This document shows, piece by piece, positions 50,799 through 62,105 of a stretch of 64,000 bases of DNA; the first letter of the stretch is position 1; the number at the start of each line of letters is the position of its first letter. The stretch lies in the NCBI GenBank assembly GCA_965644295.1, contig CBFFRP010000258.1, forward strand, positions 1-64,000. Direction: 5' to 3'. This DNA comes from Paraphysomonas bandaiensis (Eukaryota > Protista > Chrysophyceae). Made by a program: the position numbers and the translations under genes. Under the pieces are notes generated by a model, which was not told where the DNA came from, did no database searches, and was given only the letters and a program-made list of their open reading frames with translations.

Positions 50799-53700
50799 AT
50801 GGAAATCAAAAGAATGTCCTCGTTAGAGAGGCTAATGGAGGCATTATCTGACAGTGACCCGCACAGTCAAGATATGGTCAGGAATGCAGTGCATACGGTG
50901 GTCGAGTGGTGGAGAAAACGCAAGAGCATCGCCTCCATTAAACGGGATATATGTTCCGTTAAGAGCTGTATAGCCACATGTCTGGAGACAATACAGGAGA
51001 TTCAGTCACCTTCTGTATATTTCCTTTCCGCACAAACGAAATTGACAACAGATGTATTCGTTTCGTCGTTATCAGCGTTTTTGAATAAATTGCCCCGTGA
51101 TCCTGGGCTCAAATCACGTAATAAGTTTGCCAGGAGTGTACGCGTTATATCATCAGCTATTCTGATCAGTAGATTTGCTGAGAATGTATTGGAGTTTGAG
51201 AATGTCCCCGACAACGGCCCAGAGGCGACGGAATGCAAGCTTACTGCTCTGGTGTTATTGTTTTCCCTTCGTCGTCTGTTCAAAGCTTGCGACGCGGAGT
51301 CGCTTCATGAATTCAGGTACTCATGAGATATGTAGTAATCCGTCAGCGATATGTAATGGACTTAAATTAAGATTTGCATTTGTGGGCTACCGCTTTTCTG
51401 TACGAAATTTTCTAGACTCACTGGATGCCTGGAAGGCGATGGACTCAGAAAGAACAAGAAAGAACTTCGAGATTGCATACATGGAATCATATGCCATGCT
51501 ATTAACTGCGAGGAAAATGCGCGACGAATTGGATAGAAAAATCTCCGATGGCAAGTGTAGTGTCTTTACATTTCTCTGTGCTAAGCATCGTGCAGATTCG
51601 TTGACTGACAGGGAGCGGTATGCAGTGGCGAAAGAAGCGACGAACGCAGGTGAGGTGGTAACTACTGGTGAGGAAAGAATAAACCACTTTAGAAGTATTT
51701 TGAAAAAACTTATGAATGATGAGAGGTAAGTGAGTAGTTCTACAGTTGCTGTGTGTGAAGCAATATAGATATTCTCAACGCATAGAAGAACTTGAGGCAT
51801 ATGTTCAGAGTACCGTAGATTCTAGTGTGCTAGAGATGACCCTAGACGAACCTCCTGCAGCTGAGACAGTTGCCACAGATGTATCTCCTAGCCTTCATGC
51901 TAGAACTGATCACACATCCTCCCAACCACCGGTAGTAAACTTGAATCAAAGCGTTGATATATCCGCAGCCTCTGCTTCTAGTGGCCCTAGCTCTATTAGC
52001 ACTTTACCTCCATCTAGGGAGGAATTGCAACTTAAGCGAGTCACGAGTCTGGCTAATATAAGCTCAAATCGCGTCATGTATGAGTTGTTGCTAGATCCAG
52101 CATACAAATTACCCGTACCGGATACTTTCTCGTCAACTGACGCTTCACTTAACCCAAAGCACATCAGCGCACTCATGCAGTCTGATCCTACTGCTGGAGC
52201 ACAGGCACTCAAGCAACACATGCTGCGAGTTATGGGTGATAAAATGATTGCGTCGATGACGCTGTCACCTCTTCAAAGTCCCTCTGAGGTAGCATGACTA
52301 TCAAATACAGTACACCGTCTTACGTATGTCATGTACCATTGACTTCAGGTAGAAGAAGGCAAGACCTATGCAGTGTGGTACGGTAGTGATTCCCCATCTA
52401 CTCGTCCAGTGGATTTATCTCCAGATTCTCATGGCCCTTCTGCTGGTGCTTTTATGCAAGCCAAGGTAGTCGCTGCATTTTTAAATTTTGTCGTTGAGAG
52501 TCTTGGTGGGCTAGGTCAAGTCTGTGGACATTGAAAGGGCAGTTATGGATGTACAATACATCTCTGATAGCGTGACTGAGAGCGGTGTATCTATAAATCG
52601 GCTCAAACTTTTGTCGCATGGGTATATGTTACACCTATCCACGTTTCACGTGTTAATATATGCAGTCGAGATCCTGTAGGTGGTGGATTCTTGTCATACC
52701 TGGCCGACATCAGAGATAGAATTGCGGCTATTTCGCCGAATAAGGCTTTACAAGCAGAGGTACAGGCTGCATTAGACCTTGATCTAATCAGACAAATGAT
52801 AGAAAACAACGCAATGGATGTTAGTGATTTGGTGGGGGTTTTGCGAACGGTTGCGACCCTCATTATGAATCTCCAAAGTCCTGCACGTAAATCCGAATAC
52901 ATGAGGTGGTTAACGAATTACGATGATCGATGTATGTCATGTATTGACTTAAATGCATTGTTGCCTCTGCTGCCGCAATATTTTGAGGAAGCTATGCATA
53001 GAATCGATGAACTCCATGTAGAGGTAAGATAGGTTGCTGATGTTCTGTGGGTGTGTTACCATTTTGTTTGTCATTTCAGATGGCCAATTACTACTTGTCT
53101 GTCTTGGCGCCCTATGCTGCCTCTAGTGGTCGTACTATGATACGGAAGTCATTACAAGATCAGTTGGAGCTATTTTCTCGACAGTGCTCTACCTCTCAGG
53201 ATCCTCGAGTAATGTTTTCGGTGCACCTTCCTAAGACATACGCTTTTCTATGTGATCAGCTAGATACGGACAGACCCGAAAACAATGGAAGATATTCACT
53301 TCCAGCAGATATGGTAAAGTTTCTTGCTGAAAGTGCGAATATGCATGACGTGTCAGCTGAAGACATTGGTGTTACACAAGAAGTAGATATTGCTCTTATA
53401 GCGCGAGCATTCTGTATCTTCTTGCAGACTTCCATTGCGTCCAGTAGTCAACAGGTTTGAGCAAATAATTTTTTCTTTTCCGATTGTGAAACCACGTACA
53501 CAGGTGACGGACAAGTTTCCTGAGACTTTTCTGTGGGATGCTGGCAGACTGAAGTTTCTCCGTGATAGCGTTGATTCGCTAGCTGTAGTATCGACACTAC
53601 TGATAACTGTTAGACACTACTTATTATCGCTCAAAGTTAAGCTAACTGTTGATCAGGAGTTTGATTTTCAGTCTAGGTATCATAGACTTGATATCTAGGT

Positions 53701-54204
53701 ATTTATTTTTTGATCGCTTTCTCTGTGGGGCAGGCTGTACGAATTATTGCGTAGTGATCATTTGACTATGGCTCACATTTCTGCTGAGGCAATGGGCTTT
53801 GTCCGAACTGCTATCCAGAACTCCTCCGAGATGGCCGTTTCTCAGCCATGCCAATCATCTAATCTTCCAGATGGGTGGGAGGCATCGCTAGAGAAAGCAC
53901 TTAAGAAATGCGTGAGTCCATCGAGCCCAGTCCTTACTCTTTTCACCAGCAGAGTGTACAAGATTATGGCCAGAGCACTTACCAGCAATTCATATGCTGA
54001 ATTACTTGCAGCGTATTCGATGAATTCAAAGTCACAGGTACTGTACATGACTCGATAACAGCACATGTTCTCACGTACTAATAGGTTCAACAGCTACGCA
54101 TTGTCATCTCACACTCCAAGAAATTGTTTGATCATAATTGTTCTATATTTGGACCTATTTACAGTCAAATACTACGATCTAAAATTTTGTATATGATTGG
54201 ATAA
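50799..54204 (+). CDS. TCP11: T-complex protein 11 family protein, multi-exon
   Basis: AWKAMD, YELLLDPAYKL, LDLDLIRQMIEN, LQSPAR, MANYYL, FPETFLWDAGRL and the C-terminal HN..IFGPIY. Confidence 0.85.
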
Positions 54205-54948
54205 AGGTTGATAGTTACGTCTTTAATATAAGTGCTGCACTGCTGTTGGTTGTTAGCTATAATCTAGTGTTAGGGCATCATGGGAATTATGTGCGTTGGA
54301 CATGCTAGTATCCTACGTGATAAAATAAATAATTAAATGCTATTTGTAAATTGTAATTTGTTATTACTATGGTGCCGCTCCGGAACTGCTTGAACTCTGG
54401 TGTAACCGTTCAGGACTTGACACTTAGTCTGGAGGTCGCTCGTTTGCTCAGACTTCAGTTGTGCTGGGTTCTGATGGTTGTTGATGTTAGAATTAGACAT
54501 TTCACTGAAGATAACCTTGCTCTACATGTAAACCTTAACCTTGCTTTGTTGCACACAATGTACTTTCAAGACGGAATTATAATTACTAATATCAACACTT
54601 CACAACATACTCATGTAGCATCTGATGAACGTCTGTTCTAAGTAACATGTGTTTATCTTATGTTCACCAGCCACTCCTATATCTTACATAGTCACACATC
54701 AGTAACTGAATTTACATCGTTTGCAACTATATTCACCCATTACAACCTGTGAGTTTATTTCACATACTGTACTCTGTTGAATCACTTTAATTGCAAACTA
54801 AAAATGGCCATCTCGGATGATTTAACAACTACCACCCGCTACAGGATGGTGAAATAACTTTAAAAACTGGACGTAATATACACTCAATGCTTTAATCATA
54901 AAGTATGCTCTATACCACTTATCATTTATTGTCATTCGCCAAATTTAG

Positions 54949-55222
54949 GTTATCTCTACTACCAATCATTTACATACGATCTTAGATAGAAACGATCTTG
55001 TACAGGCAATGTATATCAGTTTCACCGTTATTATTCCTATCACCTTAATTGTTCATTTAATACTGTTAATCACTGTTGTTGACTAGTCTTCATCTAACTA
55101 CCTATCTGGTTTCGATTCTTGATGCCTACTGCTAATAATAAGACTTTCACACAATCACTGTTGTATTATTCAAGTAACGGTCATAATTCGAATACCAAAG
55201 AAACAAGAAATTTCAATTGCTC
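54949..55222. repeat. Repeat family 2 copy, interrupted by a ~30-bp 3'-end fragment of the retroelement family (55121-55150)
   Basis: TTATCTCTACTACCAATCATTTACATACGATCTTAG matches the other copies. GCCTACTGCTAATAATAAGACTTTCAC matches the retroelement 3' end. Confidence 0.7.
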
Positions 55223-55354
55223 TATTAAATAACACGGTTGTTGTTTCAATTGCTCAACACGGTTGTTGTCGTTACTATCATTGCCACAAAACAACAACAA
55301 GATGTTGTCATTATTATTAAAGTGATGAAGATAATATATTAAATTCACATCTTG

Positions 55355-55442
55355 CTCTCAACAAAGTCGGACTCGCACCTTTTCGTGGTGTTCTGGGGGA
55401 TAAGTACAGCAGAAATTTCTTCGGGAAACTAACTTGAGCCGC
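55355..55442 (+). ncRNA. HDV-like ribozyme fold, copy G
   Basis: CUCUCAAC AAAGUCGGA CUCGC ACC UUUUCGU GGU GUUCUGGGGG AUAAGUA [P4, weaker] GAAA CUAA C UUGAGCCGC. Confidence 0.6.
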
Positions 55443-55822
55443 AAACGTAGACAGCAGATAGCTCATAGCCGAATGCTTATGTGATACAAGGGACAAGGGA
55501 CACTAATAAGTATTATTAGTCCTTGGGCCTTGACGAATAAACAGGCATCCGGGAATGGACCCACCACCTCAAGGGCATCCGGGGTATTGGGCTGCCTGCT
55601 GACGTCAAGCATCCGGGTTGTTCACCATAAGGACTCAAAAATCGTAAAGTCAGCAGATGCCAGGTAAATTAACGTTCTGCTTGCTCACTGCGTTTGCTTT
55701 GAGTGATTGACAGAAAGTGGTTGCACCTTGGTGCTTGTGGTAACGTACAAGCAGCTTTCGTAGCGCTAAATAGGAGTAGGATATCAGAGTTAAGCACTGA
55801 CTCTTAAACGCCATTCACTGCT
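55355..55822 (+). mobile_element. Near full-length short copy G of the ribozyme-headed retroelement family
   Basis: Contains the 5' ribozyme region, central block and 3' block seen separately in the other copies. Confidence 0.85.
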
Positions 55823-56124
55823 GTGTTAATGAGGAACGGCAACGGAGTCAAAGATAAACTAATTACTCACCAACTTCCAGGAATTACTCTTAGACCTTCA
55901 GAAACTGGTTGCCAAACTGAAGTATTATACGCAGTAAACGCTTTTGATTCCTTTAATTGTTCGAGTTCACTTTAAAGTAGGAATTCCAAAATCAGTGATT
56001 GAGAAAGTTGTCTATGGAAATATGAATAGATCATAATATGGTGCATAGCAGTTCGAGTGTCTTACACAAGATATTTGTTTCATATATATTACACAAAATT
56101 TTGTGTCCTATCACCGATCAGGGC

Positions 56125-56202
56125 GACTGGATGGCCGAGTGGTCTAAGGCGCTGGTTTTAGGCACCAGTCTTTGGGCGTGGGTTCGAATCCCACTCCAGT
56201 CA
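56125..56202 (+). tRNA. tRNA-Leu (anticodon TAG)
   Basis: Cloverleaf: acceptor GACTGGA/TCCAGTC, D-arm GCCGAGTGGTCTAAGGC, anticodon arm CTGGT-TTTAGGC-ACCAG, T-arm GTGGG-TTCGAAT-CCCAC. A Pol III T-run follows. Confidence 0.95.
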
Positions 56203-56462
56203 TACTTTTTTGTTTTTTGAGTTTTGCCCAATACATACTACCATAACTACGCTGTAGGTTCCATTCAGGTGGATGGATGCTATAGAAAGCAGTCGATGGT
56301 TGGTTGTTGGTGGAGGAAATCTGCAATGTAAAGCGAGAACACAGCTCTTTAGTTATCTGGCGCTGTAGATAGCGATTATATACTTGAATTAAAACACAGA
56401 ACACGACATTCTGATCATCTTGTATAAGTTATATTATTATTGCACGGATAGGTACAGTTGCA

Positions 56463-59400
56463 ATGAAGCGATTTGATCTGCCGAATGTGGCGGAGCAGAT
56501 GCAATTACGTGATAATAATAATTTGATGTCGACCGCACTTCATCATGCACAGATGAAAGAAATGATATCTGAAGTGCATCATAGTGGAAGCACTAGCAGA
56601 GAACAAAAGGCTATTCAAATTTGGTTGAGTGAGTTTTTACCTCAACTTAATGCAGTAGAAGTTCCAGATCAGTTGATAGGGCACGACTGGTTGAAAAGGA
56701 ACAATTTCCAGAACATTACGCTTGAGGAATACAATGGTTCTTCAGAACTCCAATTTCTGCCACCGAATGATGATGCGAAAATAATTGGGTCATATTCTCT
56801 GCATGTTATGACGAAACCATTCTTCAATATAGATATTGCAGTCACAATGCCTGAAGAATGTTTGGACAAAAGGTAAAGCATTTGACTTTTTTCATTTTAA
56901 TCAATTTGTATTCTTGCAGGGATATCTTGAACCATGTGTATTTTGATAAACGCAAGTTGTACCTGAGTGCTTTGTTGCTGCACATACGCGACAGTTGTCC
57001 TACAGTCGACAGCGATAGTCTTGCGTTAGCGTTCCTGAAGGGAGATGATCGCAAACCTATCATTATCTTCAAGCCCAAGCTGAAGACATCGTATGTTGTT
57101 CGCGTTCATGTTGTGGTGCGTCTTTTAAGTATATATATGGCATGTTTATAATAAATTCGCAGCCCTCGACAACATCATTTAAACTGTCACAGTTACGCCC
57201 AACCAAGAACAATGTTAGACCCATTGGTTGGATGCAAAGTTTGGCCTCAAGACGGGAAAACTCGAACAAGTCTGAAGAGTTGCCCGATCCTACATCACTG
57301 CAACCTACCCCTAATTACAATATGGCTGTTTTGGAAGATGTTGCTGCCATGTATGTACACGATTTAGTTTTAAAGGCAACACAGCTATGGCCTATTCTTC
57401 AAGAAATTCTAGTTGTAGTGAAGGTAAAACTATGATTGCACGATTCAATGATGTCACTTATTATGAAATAGGTTTGGTTGACACAACGTGGGCTTCGGTT
57501 TGGTGTAGATAGCTTCGATGGTCATTTGGCTGGTGTCCTGTTGTCATATCTTGCGTACAAAGGATTAATTTCAGCGAAAATGAGTGTATTGTCGGGTTTT
57601 ATGGCATTTTTGGCTTATATTGGCAGTGACAATTTATTTTCCTCTCCTCTAAGCTTTGCTGATCAACCCTCACGCTATGAAGGGAACTCTCAAACTCTCT
57701 TCCATGCGTCGTTGACTGTTCCTGTCACTGACTTCGACTTTAGTAGTAAAACAGATTACTCTCAATACATGTTCTATAACGTTTTTTGGCGACTAAGTGC
57801 ATCTGCCATTGATCAACTTCATGAGCATGCGCGATGCTCATTGCAGATACTACAGAATACTGATGACGTTAGCACCAGTTTGGCGACATCATCATTTTCA
57901 AAAGTGTTTCTTTCTAAATCTAATTTCTTTTCCGAGTATGATGTGGTTTTTAAGATTCCTGTTGTCAGTGCTAATAGCGTGAAAGAGGTATCAGAGAAAC
58001 TGAATGATCTTCAATTAGGCGACGATATGGAATTTATTTCTCAGTTAGGCCACAGTGTGTTAATTGCATTGAACGATTTCACTGGCTGGCAGTATACAAG
58101 CAGAACCGCACGAAAACTTATTACTGCTGCATTAGGCGACAGGGCCAGTTGTATTCATGTCCATTCTTGTCCTTTCGAGAGCGAAAACTGCCGCATTGTA
58201 CCCACTAACCAATCCACATTGTATCCTAAGCTTTTCCCTTTTTCTTCTCAGAGTAATTCTCAGCTAAATTGCTTGGACGGTGTAAATGTGACTGTTGGGG
58301 TTCGTTTTAGTGAAGATCAAATGCGTCGTAGAGTGGATCGTGGACCTTCAGCAGATGATGAGGAAGGATGTGCAGAATTTAGGCACTTTTGGGGTCGAAT
58401 ATCTCAGCTAAGGAGGTTTAAAGATGGCTCGATAAGAGAAGCTGTTGTGTGGGATACAGATGACTCCACCAATGTGAAGTGTGTTCGACCGGAGAAACTC
58501 TCGACTGATATTGTCAATCATATTATCTCCCGTCATATGCCTTTCAATTCATACCTTTGTGGACAGATTGTGCAGAATATATCTGACCAACTGCATCATA
58601 CTTTACCAGGAAATGTGGGCACCAGCCAATCCGATATGGGTTTACGTGATGCACCTCTACTCTTCAAGAGTGCTAACGAGTGTTTGGACGTTTTACGCCG
58701 CATGATAACGTCGGAATTGAAGCAATTTCCACTTGTTATTGATAGTCTGAGGGCAACCCATCCAGCACTTCGTTACACATCTTATTACCCTCCTATGAAA
58801 CATCCAATGCTGGTTGGCACTAAAGAGTACTTAAATGCATATGCAGGCAAAAATGTAAATAGATTAGTGGAAGCTATTCCCATTGTAGCTACATTTCAAA
58901 AGTCTAGCAAGTGGCCGTCCGATTTGGAAGCCTTATTGTCAATGAAGTCGGCTTTAATTATACACTTATCAGAGTGTTTAAAATCTCAGTTCAAAGTAGA
59001 TTCTGTCGTACACCGGGATTCACTGGACATATGCTTCCAGGGATACTTGTTCCGTTTGCACCCTTTCACCGACCACGAGACTTATTTACACAGTGGTAGC
59101 ATGTTACATTGTTTTTATATTACATCACTTAGTTTTATTGTGTAAGGTGCATATAATGTTTTGCATTCAACTGCCTCCATCCCACAATCCACGAGAAACT
59201 ATATCAGGTGACGCTCCGCTGTTTTTATGTATGGGTTTCTGACTTCAGGATACAGGCGCATGACTAGAACCCCTTTACACCATGCGGCTGTTCACTCGCT
59301 ATGCAGTCAATTTTCTGCTTTCGGAGATTCAGTTCGTCTTCTCAAGCATTGGTGTGATTCGCACATGCTCTCAGGTTATATTCGTCCCTACGTTATTCGC

Positions 59401-60441
59401 AGTTTGATTTATGGATGCATTAGGTTATATTGACCACGAATTGCTAGAACTCATTGTGGCATCAGTGTTCCTAAACAGTGACTCATTTTGGAACTCTACA
59501 CCCGCGTCTTCGCTCTGCGGATTCCATCGCTCCCTTATACGGTAGAAATGTTCATACATGCATGTTGTATGTTTAACGAACTGTGCAGGTTAGCCGAACA
59601 TAAATGGATGGAGTTCCCTCTTATAGTAGACTTTTCTGGGGCTGATAAAATAGAAGAACATCATGTCGATCCCATTTATCGTCAATTTCGGGAAAGCAGG
59701 GAGTTGACTAATTATGCTCCCTGCATCAACGTCGCAGCACGATATGAAACCAACGATGGGTTTTCCTTCGATTATGGTCTCAATTTTAATGACAAGTCTA
59801 TTCTTACAATGGTCATGCAAATGGCCAAGAAGAGTATTGATAAAATTCAGATGTGGATGTACTGTATGAACAAAGCGTCTGAGTCTGTTAATTGGTCGGA
59901 AGCTGTTATGAAACCTAAGCACAGCTTGCTGCCGAAATTTTCTATTGAACTAGTATTTCAACGTTCTTTACAATGTCGTGCGAAAGGCGATTTGCCAACA
60001 GACCTGTTTCAAAGTGCGATTGAAGGACCACCGCAGTGTCAAGTTGAAGTTTTCAGTAATATATCTCTTTCTAAAGCGCGAGGACAAAGCCTAGTCTGCT
60101 GGTACGTTGAATGTGGGTGATGTGTATATCATATTGATGTTTTCTACAGCAATGAATCTCTCCCTCATCCATTTCAAGAAGAGGTTGTGAGTAAGTTGCG
60201 ATCTCGATTTGGCCATTTAGCACTCTTTTTTTATAATCATCAAGTAGCCGATAAAATTGGAGTCGTATGGAAGCCAACAGCTTTCATCCCGTCAAACTTT
60301 TCGATATTGCAGAGTCGGCACCATGTACTGAGTCAAGTTCCACACGTTTCTAAGGATTTAATGGTCTTGAATATACCCGCTCTAATTGGTGAAATGCTAG
60401 CTGTGGCTGAAGGTAAAATAGACAGTGTTTCAGTTTCGTAG
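56463..60441 (+). CDS. NOL6: Nucleolar protein 6 / Utp22 / Nrap, multi-exon
   Basis: IIGSY, IDIAVTMP, DILNHVYFDKRKLYL, PTPNYN, VDRGP, FRHFWGRISQLRRFKDGSIREAVVW, SSKWP and IGVVWKP. Confidence 0.93.
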
Positions 60442-61330
60442 ACTGGCGTAATTAATTAGCAATAATTTTTTGGCATGATTTTTTTCAGTTCATATTTTGT
60501 TTTATTTGTCTAAAAAGCTTGTCGTAGAGTAGTCCAGAAATGGATTGTTGTAGAAGTATTATTTTTGATAACTACCTGAAAATGATAGACATTGTCAGCT
60601 GAAAATGTTTTCTATGTTTTCTGGTTTCTGGTCGATACTATACATACTTATCCCCATTTTGTCTCAGAAAAAGCTTTTTTTGACCTGACTTTGTCTCAAC
60701 AGGGCGCTCATATCAGCTCCGGGCAAATATAGACATTCAACTTCAATATTCGGTTCAATAGAAGCTCACTTCTATCCTAAATCCTAAGTATGATAATGAC
60801 AGTCATATGTACGTGATTTCATTACAGTACACAATTATAGAGAAACCACTATCATGAGCGAAATGCCAAGAGCAGATCATCTAACTCCAAGTTATATTCC
60901 ATCCTTCGACTGCTGTATAAGATCACAACGATGTCAGTGCAAGTGATCTGTCTTCATATCCAGGACTTCGAAACAACTTCAAGAATATTACAGGAGAGTT
61001 TAAGTGCCATATCTGATGCTATATAGGTGGTTAGGAGCAGTGGCACCCAGCACCCAGTTCTTTCAGGGTTTGAGCCATATCGTGCTTCTCAGGATATTGT
61101 GTGTCTCGTATCATACACACATCTTTCAATCAGGTGCACCTGCAGAGGTAAAGCCTGCTATATATAAATGTGATGATGATGCTAATTAAGGAAATAAGAA
61201 GCCTCTCTTTCACCTTCAACTGTTCACATTTATCATCACACTTACAGTATACTTATCATTGATTTGAAACTGTATGAGTTCTCATTTGTGTTCTTAATGT
61301 TAATTTTCAACGTCATGAGAATGAGCTACA

Positions 61331-61450
61331 ATTTAACCTAGGGATAAGGAGTATCGTCCCTTGTCTAAATTTTAAAACTCGGGCTTTTCGCCCTCGTTTC
61401 AAAATTTTGAGCGCGGGACGATATAGCCTCCTTATTGCCCGTGGTTAAAT
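61331..61450. mobile_element. 120-bp imperfect palindrome (fold-back MITE) flanked by TTAA
   Basis: Nested pairs ATTTAACC/GGTTAAAT, ATAAGGAG/CTCCTTAT, TATCGTCCC/GGGACGATA, AAATTTT-AAAC/GTTT-AAAATTT, and a central GGGC-TTTTC-GCCC. Confidence 0.75.
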
Positions 61451-62105
61451 ATAACTATAGAGGAGTGGTCTACTAATTTCATGAATTTTGTCAGACACTT
61501 TGAGAACAATGTTGCAGGTACGAATTACGAATAGCTGCTGGATGTTTTTGCGACAGTGAAAACGTCGGCGCTATTTTCAGGAAGTATGAAGTCGTAAATC
61601 ATGAGGCAACATATTCATTGATGATATATATATGTATGTAGCATAAAGATAATAAACTGTCAAATAGAAAGTCCTTTATTTCTAACTGTTGACTATCGCT
61701 CATTTTATCACTTAGATCGTTGAAGAAAAGATGAGTAGTTAGACAAGGTAGAATATTATTGCATTTCTATAGACACAATTGTGCCGTTTCGTATAGAGCT
61801 CATCTATTAACTTACGCTTATAGTTAGTGCAGTATCGACTGATTTATATTAAGAGATATATAGTGAAATCATGATGTTGTAGCACTGTCATTTTGGAACC
61901 ACATCAATCACCAACATCAACATTCTGTTCTACAAATCGTATCTTTAACAGCTACTATATTTTCAGTTTCTTTGCATACTTGTAATAGCTACTCCTATAG
62001 TGTAGTCATGCATATTCTGTATTTCATAGCTACATAGAATACAGGATAGCTATTAGCGATAGGATTTACCAAACTTCAAGTACGCACGTAGAAGTTGGTT
62101 GTAGT

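Noticed and set aside
10614-60441. Ribosome-biogenesis gene cluster (NOP14, NHP2, NOL6)
   Set aside because: The genes are 9-34 kb apart and interspersed with unrelated genes, so there is no evidence beyond chance.
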